Assembly (NCBI GenBank): GCA_038727095.1
Contig: JAVYWK010000004.1
Span: 1 to 64,000, forward strand
Source: Thermofilaceae archaeon
GTDB taxonomy: Archaea; Thermoproteota; Thermoprotei; Thermofilales; Thermofilaceae
Direction: 5' to 3'
Length of the DNA: 64,000 nucleotides
Shown: piece by piece, positions 19,795-28,412 of the stretch
Layout: each line of letters starts with the position of its first letter
Position numbering within the stretch: position 1 is the first letter of the stretch
Notes under the pieces: model-generated
What the model saw: the letters and a program-made list of their open reading frames with translations, nothing else
What the model was told of the DNA's origin: nothing
Databases searched by the model: none
Position numbers and translations under genes: made by a program

Positions 19795-22700
19795 TTGAAC
19801 AAAAGCTTTAATTTATGGAGGGGAGGATTCGCGATGAGGGTTTCGGTGTCATATAGATACAAATTCCTCCTAGTTTTTACACTTGAAACCCTTGTGTTAT
19901 CATCTCTTACGATCGTCGTTATTCAAGTCGGCTCGGCAGCACCTCAGTCAACTAGCTATAGTATTGTGCCCGACAATATAACCATCGTCGCCGTTCACCC
20001 TTTTAATTGGATTGAAACCAGTAGAGAGTATTTTTGGAGAAATATAATCAATAAGCTGCATATCCAATTCATAGATAGAGCAACAGGGTTTATGGAAGGA
20101 GCTGATTGGTTTAAACCGCGCATAGATATGAAAACAATCGCTTATGCAAAGTCCATGGGTATATTGACTGGATCTTACTTGGTTTTGACGCCATTTCCTC
20201 CGATCCCCGAACCCATATATGTGGACCCTTATGGCAAAGCTGGTAAGTTTACCCAAATCGCGGGTGGTAAGGACCTAGACGGCAACCTGCTTTTCCATAC
20301 CGATGGCTCCCACCTTACCGTTTCTCTTAGCTGCCCGGAGTGGTTGAACCACTTCATAGAGTCTACAAAGAAGATAATCGACGCTGGGCTGGACGCGATC
20401 GATATAGACAATATAGCTTATACGCCCTTCATGAGAGGGGGAGATTTCTCCGAGTGGAGCGTGTACAATTTTCGAAGCCACCTAGCCTCTCGTTTCTCAA
20501 GCGAGCAGCTTGAACAGCTCGGCATACATAATGTAACAGCGTTTGACATTAGGGAGTATATAAAGTCCAAGAACAGCCTAAAGAGCTTTAAGGGCGAGAT
20601 CCTCGTCATCGCAGCACCCACTACAAGCCTATCGAGGGAGGAGATAGAGGCCATTAAAACGTTTGTTCAAAACGGGGGCGGGCTACTGGTCCAGTTAGAG
20701 CCCTCCAGCTGCCAAGCAGCAAACAGGCTGCTCAGCGAGTTCGGCATTTCAGCTCGCTGCGGGAATCTAATTTCCTCAAAGTACTTGTGGGATCCGGGCA
20801 GCTTTGAGATCAAACGCTTGAAAACTAACCACCCTGTTATGTTGGGAGTCAAATCTATAGTTCTAAACTGGGGAGTAGCTCTTGATATCAAGAACCCTAA
20901 TGCGAGTATCTTGGCGGAAACCGATGAAAACGCGTGGGTTGATAAGAACGGCGATCTGAAGCTGAACCCTAACGAGGAAAGGGGGCCTTTCCCCGTCGTT
21001 GCTTCACTCGAGTACGGTCAAGGTAGGTTGCTGGTTCAGGGGGATAGAACCCAAGATACCATGTTCTACGCTAACGAGCAGTTCTTACGCAACGCTTTAC
21101 TCTGGCTAGGGAAAGGAAGTGTAAGCGGAAAAACCTTAGTTTTCAGTGAAGTACATGGTGAAGAGGCGTCTACTTCCTGCGAGAGAGCACGATTGATCAA
21201 CGTGCAGCACCCCGAGTGGTATTGCTATAGCCTGTTCACCGGTTTGGCTGAAAGACTTGGGTTAAAGGTCGTCCCGCTAAGGGGGATCTCCTTCCCTGAT
21301 GATCCAATTCTGCGAGAGTACGTGAAGTTCCAGCATTCCGAACTAGTACGCTTTATCAAGCGGGTCTCAGAAAGCGTGAAAGAGTACGGCAGGACTAATT
21401 ACGGGAAGGATGTACCGGTATTCGGTAACCAATGGCTCGGAGTACCAATAGACGGTAACTTCCTTAAAGATGAAGCTCTCGACTCGATTCTCCTATCACC
21501 TTACGTTGACCTTATACAGATCGAAACCGCTCCAGCGTTGCCCCCGGAGAATAGGCTCGGCTTACTCTACAGAATTGGGCACGCCATGGCTCAGAATCAG
21601 AAGGCTGTTTGGGTTCATGGAGCGTTTTACAGCGACTATTCTCGCCCGCTCAACCACGATAAAGTTAACCTGACAGTCTTGGGCATAGCCGAAGCCTACG
21701 CCCACGGCGCAATCAAAGAGCTTGACCTTGGCGGTTTTCCGGGGGTTCCACCGATCGCCGGAACTGTTGTACACCCCGACATGTTTGTCCCCAGCCCTGT
21801 TCAGGCACTCGTGGACTTCATCTGGAGCTATAGAGACCTGCTCACCGGGTTTAAGCCCTATGCAAAGATCGCGGTAGTGTACTCCGTTCCTACATTCCTC
21901 TGGGCAACTTTTCCGGCTTTCAACCTCTACCCTGAGGAGCAGAGGGGTGAGCTGATAGGGATAGCCGACATGCTCCAAAAGCTCCACCTACCGTACGAAG
22001 TACTGATCTTTGGGCACCCGGACCTCTTCAACGATTCTTACTACCTGGGGAAGCTGGAACAGTACGACCTTGTGATTCTCCCTCATGTAACTCACATCTC
22101 TGAGGATCAGTTAAACGCTATCGAAAACTTCCTCAAAGCTGGCGGAAAGATCGTTTTTACGGGTGGACTACCCACACGCGACCACGAGCACAACCCGTTA
22201 ACCGGGCGCACAGCGGAGAGGATGGCGGCACTGCTCAACAAGCATCCTGGCCGCGTCCTCCTCGTAGATGAAAAGATCGGGCTTGACTGGTTTTACGGTT
22301 CGAAAGATCGAAAACTCCTACTCACAAACTTCCAGAAGGTCCTCGAAACTGTTTTAGGGCGTCTACCGATCAAGCTGGAGGGCGCCACCGATTCCGTGGA
22401 AGTCAGTCTACTGAAAAAGCAGGGAGTAACCGCGCTCCATCTCATTAACTACCAGTACGAGCTAGGGAATGACAGTTTCAAGCAGCTGGGAAACATCAGC
22501 ATCCTCATAGACGAGTCATTAATCGGTGAAGCACGGAATACCTTCTACATTTCGCCAGAGCACATGCAGAAGCTCGAAATTAGCAGGAAGGACACCTACC
22601 TGAAAATCACCGTACCACTCCTCAGCTGCTGGGGCTTCATCGTGTTCAACCTTCCACCGAGACTCAAAGTTTACGAGATAACCGTCACGCCGTTAGAAGT

Positions 22701-23412
22701 GGCTGTGGGCGAAACAGCAACAATCATGGTAAAGGTACAGAACGATGGAGGAGAACCATCCTCTTTCCCCGTAACACTGAAAGTCAATAACCTGGACGTA
22801 GAAACCAAAGTCGTCTACTTAAGCCCGGGCGAAGCCGCGACGATCAACTTCAACTACACTCCCTTGAAAGCGGGTCGCCTAACGATCGAAGTCGGCGATC
22901 TATCAACCACGTTGAATGTGCTGGCTGGACCTAAATTCTCAATAAGCAACCTTCAAGTAATCCCACAGTCAACGCGGGTAGGGGAGCCGGTCACCATTAC
23001 AGCCACTGTCAGAAATACGGGCGGGAGAAGCGGATCAACTACAATCACTTTCATAATCAACGGATCGGCCGCGGGAGACGTACGCGTAGAGCTTGCAGCT
23101 GGAGCTTACAAAACAGTAAACTTGACTTACACTCCAGACAAGGAGGGGATCTACACCGTAAAGGTGGAGGATCAAATAACCTTCTTCATAGCAACAGGAG
23201 AAAAACCCCAGCCCGAGCAAGAACATGAGCAACCTGAAGAGGAGTACAAGCACACCACACACCTCACACCCACAATCATTGCAGCCACCCTCCTCACCAT
23301 CGCACTCATCATACTGGCTAAGCGCAGAGAAAGACCACGTAGACCTTCACTAGGCGGTAAAGCATCTCATCGCAGTCATTCAGAGCTGCAGCATTCTCTA
23401 ACCCACAGTTAA
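19795..23412 (+). CDS. Large membrane-anchored extracellular protein: glycoside-hydrolase-like barrel, GATase1-like domains, two CARDB domains, C-terminal TM
   Basis: Signal peptide; GLDAIDIDN..GGDFSEWS; two 'AI..F...GG' GATase-like segments; VKVQNDGG and VRNTGG CARDB motifs; TM plus basic tail. Confidence 0.75.
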   Translation: MNKSFNLWRGGFAMRVSVSYRYKFLLVFTLETLVLSSLTIVVIQVGSAAPQSTSYSIVPDNITIVAVHPFNWIETSREYFWRNIINKLHIQFIDRATGFMEGADWFKPRIDMKTIAYAKSMGILTGSYLVLTPFPPIPEPIYVDPYGKAGKFTQIAGGKDLDGNLLFHTDGSHLTVSLSCPEWLNHFIESTKKIIDAGLDAIDIDNIAYTPFMRGGDFSEWSVYNFRSHLASRFSSEQLEQLGIHNVTAFDIREYIKSKNSLKSFKGEILVIAAPTTSLSREEIEAIKTFVQNGGGLLVQLEPSSCQAANRLLSEFGISARCGNLISSKYLWDPGSFEIKRLKTNHPVMLGVKSIVLNWGVALDIKNPNASILAETDENAWVDKNGDLKLNPNEERGPFPVVASLEYGQGRLLVQGDRTQDTMFYANEQFLRNALLWLGKGSVSGKTLVFSEVHGEEASTSCERARLINVQHPEWYCYSLFTGLAERLGLKVVPLRGISFPDDPILREYVKFQHSELVRFIKRVSESVKEYGRTNYGKDVPVFGNQWLGVPIDGNFLKDEALDSILLSPYVDLIQIETAPALPPENRLGLLYRIGHAMAQNQKAVWVHGAFYSDYSRPLNHDKVNLTVLGIAEAYAHGAIKELDLGGFPGVPPIAGTVVHPDMFVPSPVQALVDFIWSYRDLLTGFKPYAKIAVVYSVPTFLWATFPAFNLYPEEQRGELIGIADMLQKLHLPYEVLIFGHPDLFNDSYYLGKLEQYDLVILPHVTHISEDQLNAIENFLKAGGKIVFTGGLPTRDHEHNPLTGRTAERMAALLNKHPGRVLLVDEKIGLDWFYGSKDRKLLLTNFQKVLETVLGRLPIKLEGATDSVEVSLLKKQGVTALHLINYQYELGNDSFKQLGNISILIDESLIGEARNTFYISPEHMQKLEISRKDTYLKITVPLLSCWGFIVFNLPPRLKVYEITVTPLEVAVGETATIMVKVQNDGGEPSSFPVTLKVNNLDVETKVVYLSPGEAATINFNYTPLKAGRLTIEVGDLSTTLNVLAGPKFSISNLQVIPQSTRVGEPVTITATVRNTGGRSGSTTITFIINGSAAGDVRVELAAGAYKTVNLTYTPDKEGIYTVKVEDQITFFIATGEKPQPEQEHEQPEEEYKHTTHLTPTIIAATLLTIALIILAKRRERPRRPSLGGKASHRSHSELQHSLTHS

Positions 23413-23499
23413 CCAGGTAAACCAGCCGGGTAGAGTCACCCAGATACTTGCGGCAGTGAGAAACCTCAAACACGGTGTTAAATCCAACTAGCACCGGCG

Positions 23500-23952
23500 C
23501 TAAAGAAGGCTCTCAACCAACTCCAAGTAGTCCCTCGCCTTCTCCATCAGCGGCCTGTGCTCCTTCTCCTCGTACCACCTCCCATAGAACACGTCCCCGT
23601 GCAACCCTTGCCTCACGTCGATGTAAAAGGCCGCCCACCTCCCAGCCTCCCCCTCATCTAAGCCGGCCTTCATCAACGCGCTCTCCACGAACTCCCTCCA
23701 CGTCACTCCCTCCGGCGGCCTCGTAGACCCTGTGTACTTCTCCGCGAGCGCTAGGGTGGCGTGCCACACTGCAGCCCAGACCTTCTCGGCCGCGTCGTAG
23801 GGATCGCCCTCCGACAGGAGCTTCATCCCCCTCTCGTAGTAGCCCCATGCGATCTCTAGGTGCTTCGACAACGCCGTACCCCCGCTCTGGGTGGAAACCT
23901 CTGAACTCTTCGCCCGACGCCTCACCGGCGATCTGAACTTAATAGCAAACAT
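23500..23952 (-). CDS. PaREP1-family protein (start probably further downstream)
   Basis: GDPYDAAEKVWAAV..GLHGDVFY. Confidence 0.8.
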   Translation of the reverse strand: MFAIKFRSPVRRRAKSSEVSTQSGGTALSKHLEIAWGYYERGMKLLSEGDPYDAAEKVWAAVWHATLALAEKYTGSTRPPEGVTWREFVESALMKAGLDEGEAGRWAAFYIDVRQGLHGDVFYGRWYEEKEHRPLMEKARDYLELVESLL

Positions 23953-23990
23953 TGGAATCTACCGAGGTATCATACACCGGGGGTACTTAA

Positions 23991-24008
23991 CCACTGTGGC
24001 CACAGTGG
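23991..24008. promoter_or_regulatory. Perfect 18-bp palindrome
   Basis: CCACTGTGGCCACAGTGG in the divergent PaREP1/EVE intergenic region. Confidence 0.55.
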
Positions 24009-24226
24009 ACACTTAAAGCGTAACGTATGAATCGATTTGAAAAAACGCTGCGTCATCACGAGTTACGTTGACACCATTATGCCTCCCAACGATTTCGATC
24101 GAACTCCCAATACCGGCTCAAAGGAAGCCGGCGTTCTTCGAAGCCAGGTGCGACGGCTTTCAGGGAAGGGACGCGCTAAACCGGGAAAGCGCTAGAGATT
24201 TTACCCTCTATGTTTCATAAACTACC

Positions 24227-24589
24227 GTGGCAGCCTGGACTCTCACCGGCTCGCTCGAGAACTGGCGGGTAGCGCTGGAGAAGGGCGTCTGGGGCGTGAG
24301 CGAGAAGGCGAAGGGGCTGTGGGGTAAAGTGCAGCCCGGCGACAGAGTCGTATTCTACGCGGTGAAGACAGGCGTCATCGGCTACGGCGCCGTAGAAGGC
24401 AAGTTCGTCAGCGAGGAGCCACTATGGCCCAGGGAGCAGCAGGAAGGCAAAACCCTCTGGCCCTACCGGCTCAAAATCCGAATTGAGAGGATCTTCGAAA
24501 ACCCGAAACCCAGGCCCAAAGGCATGCTCGTCGCCTTCGCCATCAACAAGCTCAGCGAAGAACTCTTCAGAGAACTCGCGGAAAGCTAG
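24227..24589 (+). CDS. EVE domain protein (PUA-like modified-nucleic-acid reader)
   Basis: NWRV..GVWGV..KVQPGDRVVFY..GYG.V..PLWP..WPYRLKI. Confidence 0.85.
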   Translation: MAAWTLTGSLENWRVALEKGVWGVSEKAKGLWGKVQPGDRVVFYAVKTGVIGYGAVEGKFVSEEPLWPREQQEGKTLWPYRLKIRIERIFENPKPRPKGMLVAFAINKLSEELFRELAES

Positions 24590-24694
24590 CTACTGCAGCC
24601 CCCAGACCGATCCCCAGCCCGAGCCCCGCCCTAGACGGCCGCGATAAAGAAAGCCTGCCAGCACTTCTTCTAGTACTTTCAATGAACTATAAGA

Positions 24695-25297
24695 GTGCCT
24701 CAAATATGGAAAAGAGCTTTATCAGCCATGCCAACTACGTATACGCGGCAGTTAGACCAGCTGATTGCCTCGTTCCTAGAGGGCCTCATCGCCCCCTACG
24801 CTGAGCTAGCCTCAAGCACGCTCTTCCTAGCGCTGAATGAAGTGCTTAGAAGCATATCAACCCTCTCGCCAATCGACGCCTCGCGCGACGTGTGGCTAAG
24901 CACAGTTTTCCTAACCAATGTCGTCCTAGCGTTCACGATCCTCGATCTACTCAGGAACATCGCCTCCGGATTAATATACCCGGGTAGCGCGATCGCGGAA
25001 GCCATAGGAGCAGCAGTCTCGCTGCTCCTCTTAGCTAATGCCGCACCCCCCAATCCAACCTACAGCCATGGTGCTCACAGAGATCCTCCGAGACACCTAC
25101 CGCTCAATCGCGCTCACCATCGAGACCCTTCTGCTCGGACCCTTAATCAGGTACACGGTGTCCAATCTTGTGGCAATGTGGTAAATCCGAGAGGACTCTG
25201 GAGCTCTCGTCTACCTCGAATCGAGTTTCCTTTGATTGATCAAATTTTTATATGTACACATCAAGGATTAAGAATGATAGAAATATGGTTCCTGTAA
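24695..25297 (+). CDS. Membrane protein, probably frameshifted
   Basis: Hydrophobic N-terminal part; after the C6 run at 25046-25051 another frame continues as a more protein-like sequence to TAA at 25184. Confidence 0.45.
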   Translation: MPQIWKRALSAMPTTYTRQLDQLIASFLEGLIAPYAELASSTLFLALNEVLRSISTLSPIDASRDVWLSTVFLTNVVLAFTILDLLRNIASGLIYPGSAIAEAIGAAVSLLLLANAAPPNPTYSHGAHRDPPRHLPLNRAHHRDPSARTLNQVHGVQSCGNVVNPRGLWSSRLPRIEFPLIDQIFICTHQGLRMIEIWFL

Positions 25298-25430
25298 AGT
25301 GGTCTTGTACATATGATGTCTATAAGGATGGTCGTTCTAAACGATGCGCACGACTCACGAACCTCCCGGATGTAGGGACTCTAGCTCAGGGGGAACAGAA
25401 TCCTCCGCGAGCAGTATAGGGTGAAGCATC

Positions 25431-28412
25431 ATGGAGCGTTACCTTGACAACTTGCCAACCACCTCGGAAATGGGGGAGGAGCGCTTCATAGAGTCCGAGA
25501 AATTCCCCTTCTGGGAGATAAGCGAAGCCGCCGCCGTCGAAAAGGGGCCAGGTAGACCGCCCCACTGGGAAATGGTCTTCTGGTGGACTCGCAAACCGCT
25601 CATCTCGGCTAGAGCCATCATCGCGGGCTGCCTACTCCCCAAGGATACGAATCCCAAAGCCTTCCTGAGGAACATCGGAATAGGCGGCAAAAAGAAAGCC
25701 GCTCATTACAACCCGCCCTTCTACAGGTTCCCAGGCGTCAAACTGCTCGACCCCTTCGCAGGCTTCGGCTCAATCCCCCTAGAAGCGACGCGCCTCGGCC
25801 TAGAAGCAACAGCGGTTGAGCTCCTTCCGACAGCCTACGTGTTCCTCAAAGCTGTGCTAGAGTACCCGGCGAAGTACGGTAGAAAGCTCGTAGAAGACGT
25901 GGAGAAGTGGGGGCAGTGGGTCATCGAGCAGCTCAAAAACGACCCGCTCATAAAGGAGCTCTACGATGAAGACGTAGCCGTCTACATCGGCTCCTGGGAG
26001 ATCAAGTGCCCCCACTGCGGGCGCTGGACTCCGCTCGTCGGGAACTGGTGGCTCGCGAGAGTAAAAGGCGATAAGGGCTACAAGAGGCTCGCGTGGATGG
26101 AGCCCGCCGTAGAGGACAGCGAAGTCAGGATCCGGGTCGTCGACTTGAACAGGATTCTGGGTGACAGAGCTGTAAGCAGCGCGCAAGTCTCCCGAACGAG
26201 AGTCGTAGCCGGAGGCAGGGAATTCAGAGTCCCAGAGGCTAACATCGAAGCGCGGCGCGAGAGAGCCACCTGCCTGCTCTGCCACCAGCCGATAATACAG
26301 GTGGATCCTCAGACCGGAAAGCACTACACCGATGCGAAGAATCTACCGAAAGAGGTTAGGGAAAGGCTCGAGGGCTACGTGAAATACGCCATAAAAACCT
26401 ACAACCAAAGCCTAGAGCAGGAGGACATAACGCCTCTCGCAAGGCAGAGGCTGCTCGTAAAAGTGAAGGTGAAAGACGGCGATTTAGAGTTCGAACCATG
26501 CGTGGAAAAAGACCAAGAGAAGCTTGAGCTGGCAAGAAGAGAAGTGAAGAAAATGCTGCAGGAAGGCGACCCGGATATTCCGGTTGAATTAACGGAACCA
26601 TATTGTTCTTCAACATATCATACTATAGTTTGGGGGATTGACAAATTCTATAAGTTGTTTAATCCGCGCCAGCTTCTAACGCTAGTCAAGCTAGTCAAAC
26701 TGATACGCGAGACGGGAAAGAAAATCGAAGAAGAAAAACAAGAGAAGGGACTAAATAAGAAAGAGACTCTTGAGTACGTGGAGGCAGTATTGGCATACCT
26801 AGCAATAGTACTAACAAGATATGTGGATTATAATTCGTTGTGCACTGTTTGGAATTACGGTGGTCGGCTACCCGCTCAAGTTGCCCATACGTTGTCGATG
26901 AGGGGAATAGCTATGATGTGGAATTGGGGCGATGTTTCTCCGTTCATAAAGATGAGCGGAACTGGCACATTTTCATCAAATATAGATAAGGCAGTTAAGA
27001 TGTTGTCTTACCTAGTCTCTAAGACTGACGACAATAATGGTTTAAGAAATATTGCAATTGTACTCGATGACGCTACAATTCTTAATAAACTCAATTTAAA
27101 TGAGCAAGCAGACCTAATTGTTACTGATCCGCCATATTATGACGATGTTCCTTACGCCGAGCTTAGCGATTTCTATTATGTTTGGCTTAAGAGGACTCTG
27201 AGCGACGTTAAAAATGGCAGGCTTGTGCCGCGTTTTCTGCCTGAGGCGTTTTTTGAGAGGGTTGGCGACAGCTGGGTTGAAGTTTCGACGCAGTGGGAGA
27301 AGTATGCGTTGAGCGAGGTTAGCCTTAATCCGCCGAGGCTTGGGCCTCATGCTACATACGAGGATGGTGTTAGGCACTTCCAAAGCTTGCTGAGCGCCTC
27401 GTTTGTTACCATGGCTTCCAGGCTTGTAGATGGTGGGTTGCTCGTCACATACTACGCGCACACGGATCCAAATGCATGGAAGGCGCTGCTTAAGGCTGGG
27501 TGGGAGGCGGCCGGCTTAAGAATTACGAACGCTTTTCCGATAACTACGGAGTCCGCTCAGAGTGTTGTTAAACGGGGTAAGCTTTCGATGGATACGAGCA
27601 TAGTTGTTGTCTGGCGTAAGGGCGTGTCGGGTTCGATAGATGCGTCTAAGCTTTACGAGGAGATGGTTGAGAAGGCTGCTGAGAGGGCTTCCCGCCTTAT
27701 TGAGCTGGGTGTTACTGGGAGGGATCTCTTCATTAACACGTTGGCGGCTGCCTTAGCGGCTGCGACTCGTTACCGTGAGGTTATCTCGCTCGGCAGGCTC
27801 AGCGTTGACGAGCTGGTTGATAAGTATGTTTACCCTGCAGCTACTGTCGGGCTCGCCAGGGCTATCGCTGGTAGGAGTGAGGTTAAGGAGAGTGTTAGGA
27901 GCCCCGATGCGATGTTCTACATGCTGGTCAAGTGCTTGATGGCTGGTGCGAAGAGAAAAATCCTCGAGAGCACGGACCTCAGGCTTCTCTCTCTAGGGAC
28001 TTCGCTCGACGTTAATGCGGCTATAAAGGACTGGCGTCTGCTAAAGGAGGAGAAGGGTGGGGAGGAGGCTGGCGCCAAAGTGGCTAAGGCGAAGAGGTTA
28101 GTCCTTCTCGAGCCGCAGTCGGCGGAGAAGGCTAAGGTGGCTGAGCTGCTCGAGGTTAGGGGTGTTGGGGTTTCCGAGCAACCTAGGATAAGGTGTACCG
28201 TCGATGTCCTTCACTTGCTCGAGTACTACGCGGTTGCGTATTCGGCGGCTGAGTTTGAGCGTAGGCTCGAGAAGCTGCGCGAAAACTATCCTGCTCAGGT
28301 CAACGAAGCGCTATCTCTAGCTAGGATATTCGTTAGGGTTCTTCCTGAGAGCGATCCGGAGAGGAAGCTGTGCGAGAGGATCCTTACACCGTCCCTTCTA
28401 CCTTTAGGGTGA
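25431..28412 (+). CDS. DUF1156-containing amino (adenine) DNA methyltransferase
   Basis: WWTRKPL, motif I DPFAGFGSIP, CPHC/CLLC zinc ribbon, catalytic TDPPY. Confidence 0.92.
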   Translation: MERYLDNLPTTSEMGEERFIESEKFPFWEISEAAAVEKGPGRPPHWEMVFWWTRKPLISARAIIAGCLLPKDTNPKAFLRNIGIGGKKKAAHYNPPFYRFPGVKLLDPFAGFGSIPLEATRLGLEATAVELLPTAYVFLKAVLEYPAKYGRKLVEDVEKWGQWVIEQLKNDPLIKELYDEDVAVYIGSWEIKCPHCGRWTPLVGNWWLARVKGDKGYKRLAWMEPAVEDSEVRIRVVDLNRILGDRAVSSAQVSRTRVVAGGREFRVPEANIEARRERATCLLCHQPIIQVDPQTGKHYTDAKNLPKEVRERLEGYVKYAIKTYNQSLEQEDITPLARQRLLVKVKVKDGDLEFEPCVEKDQEKLELARREVKKMLQEGDPDIPVELTEPYCSSTYHTIVWGIDKFYKLFNPRQLLTLVKLVKLIRETGKKIEEEKQEKGLNKKETLEYVEAVLAYLAIVLTRYVDYNSLCTVWNYGGRLPAQVAHTLSMRGIAMMWNWGDVSPFIKMSGTGTFSSNIDKAVKMLSYLVSKTDDNNGLRNIAIVLDDATILNKLNLNEQADLIVTDPPYYDDVPYAELSDFYYVWLKRTLSDVKNGRLVPRFLPEAFFERVGDSWVEVSTQWEKYALSEVSLNPPRLGPHATYEDGVRHFQSLLSASFVTMASRLVDGGLLVTYYAHTDPNAWKALLKAGWEAAGLRITNAFPITTESAQSVVKRGKLSMDTSIVVVWRKGVSGSIDASKLYEEMVEKAAERASRLIELGVTGRDLFINTLAAALAAATRYREVISLGRLSVDELVDKYVYPAATVGLARAIAGRSEVKESVRSPDAMFYMLVKCLMAGAKRKILESTDLRLLSLGTSLDVNAAIKDWRLLKEEKGGEEAGAKVAKAKRLVLLEPQSAEKAKVAELLEVRGVGVSEQPRIRCTVDVLHLLEYYAVAYSAAEFERRLEKLRENYPAQVNEALSLARIFVRVLPESDPERKLCERILTPSLLPLG

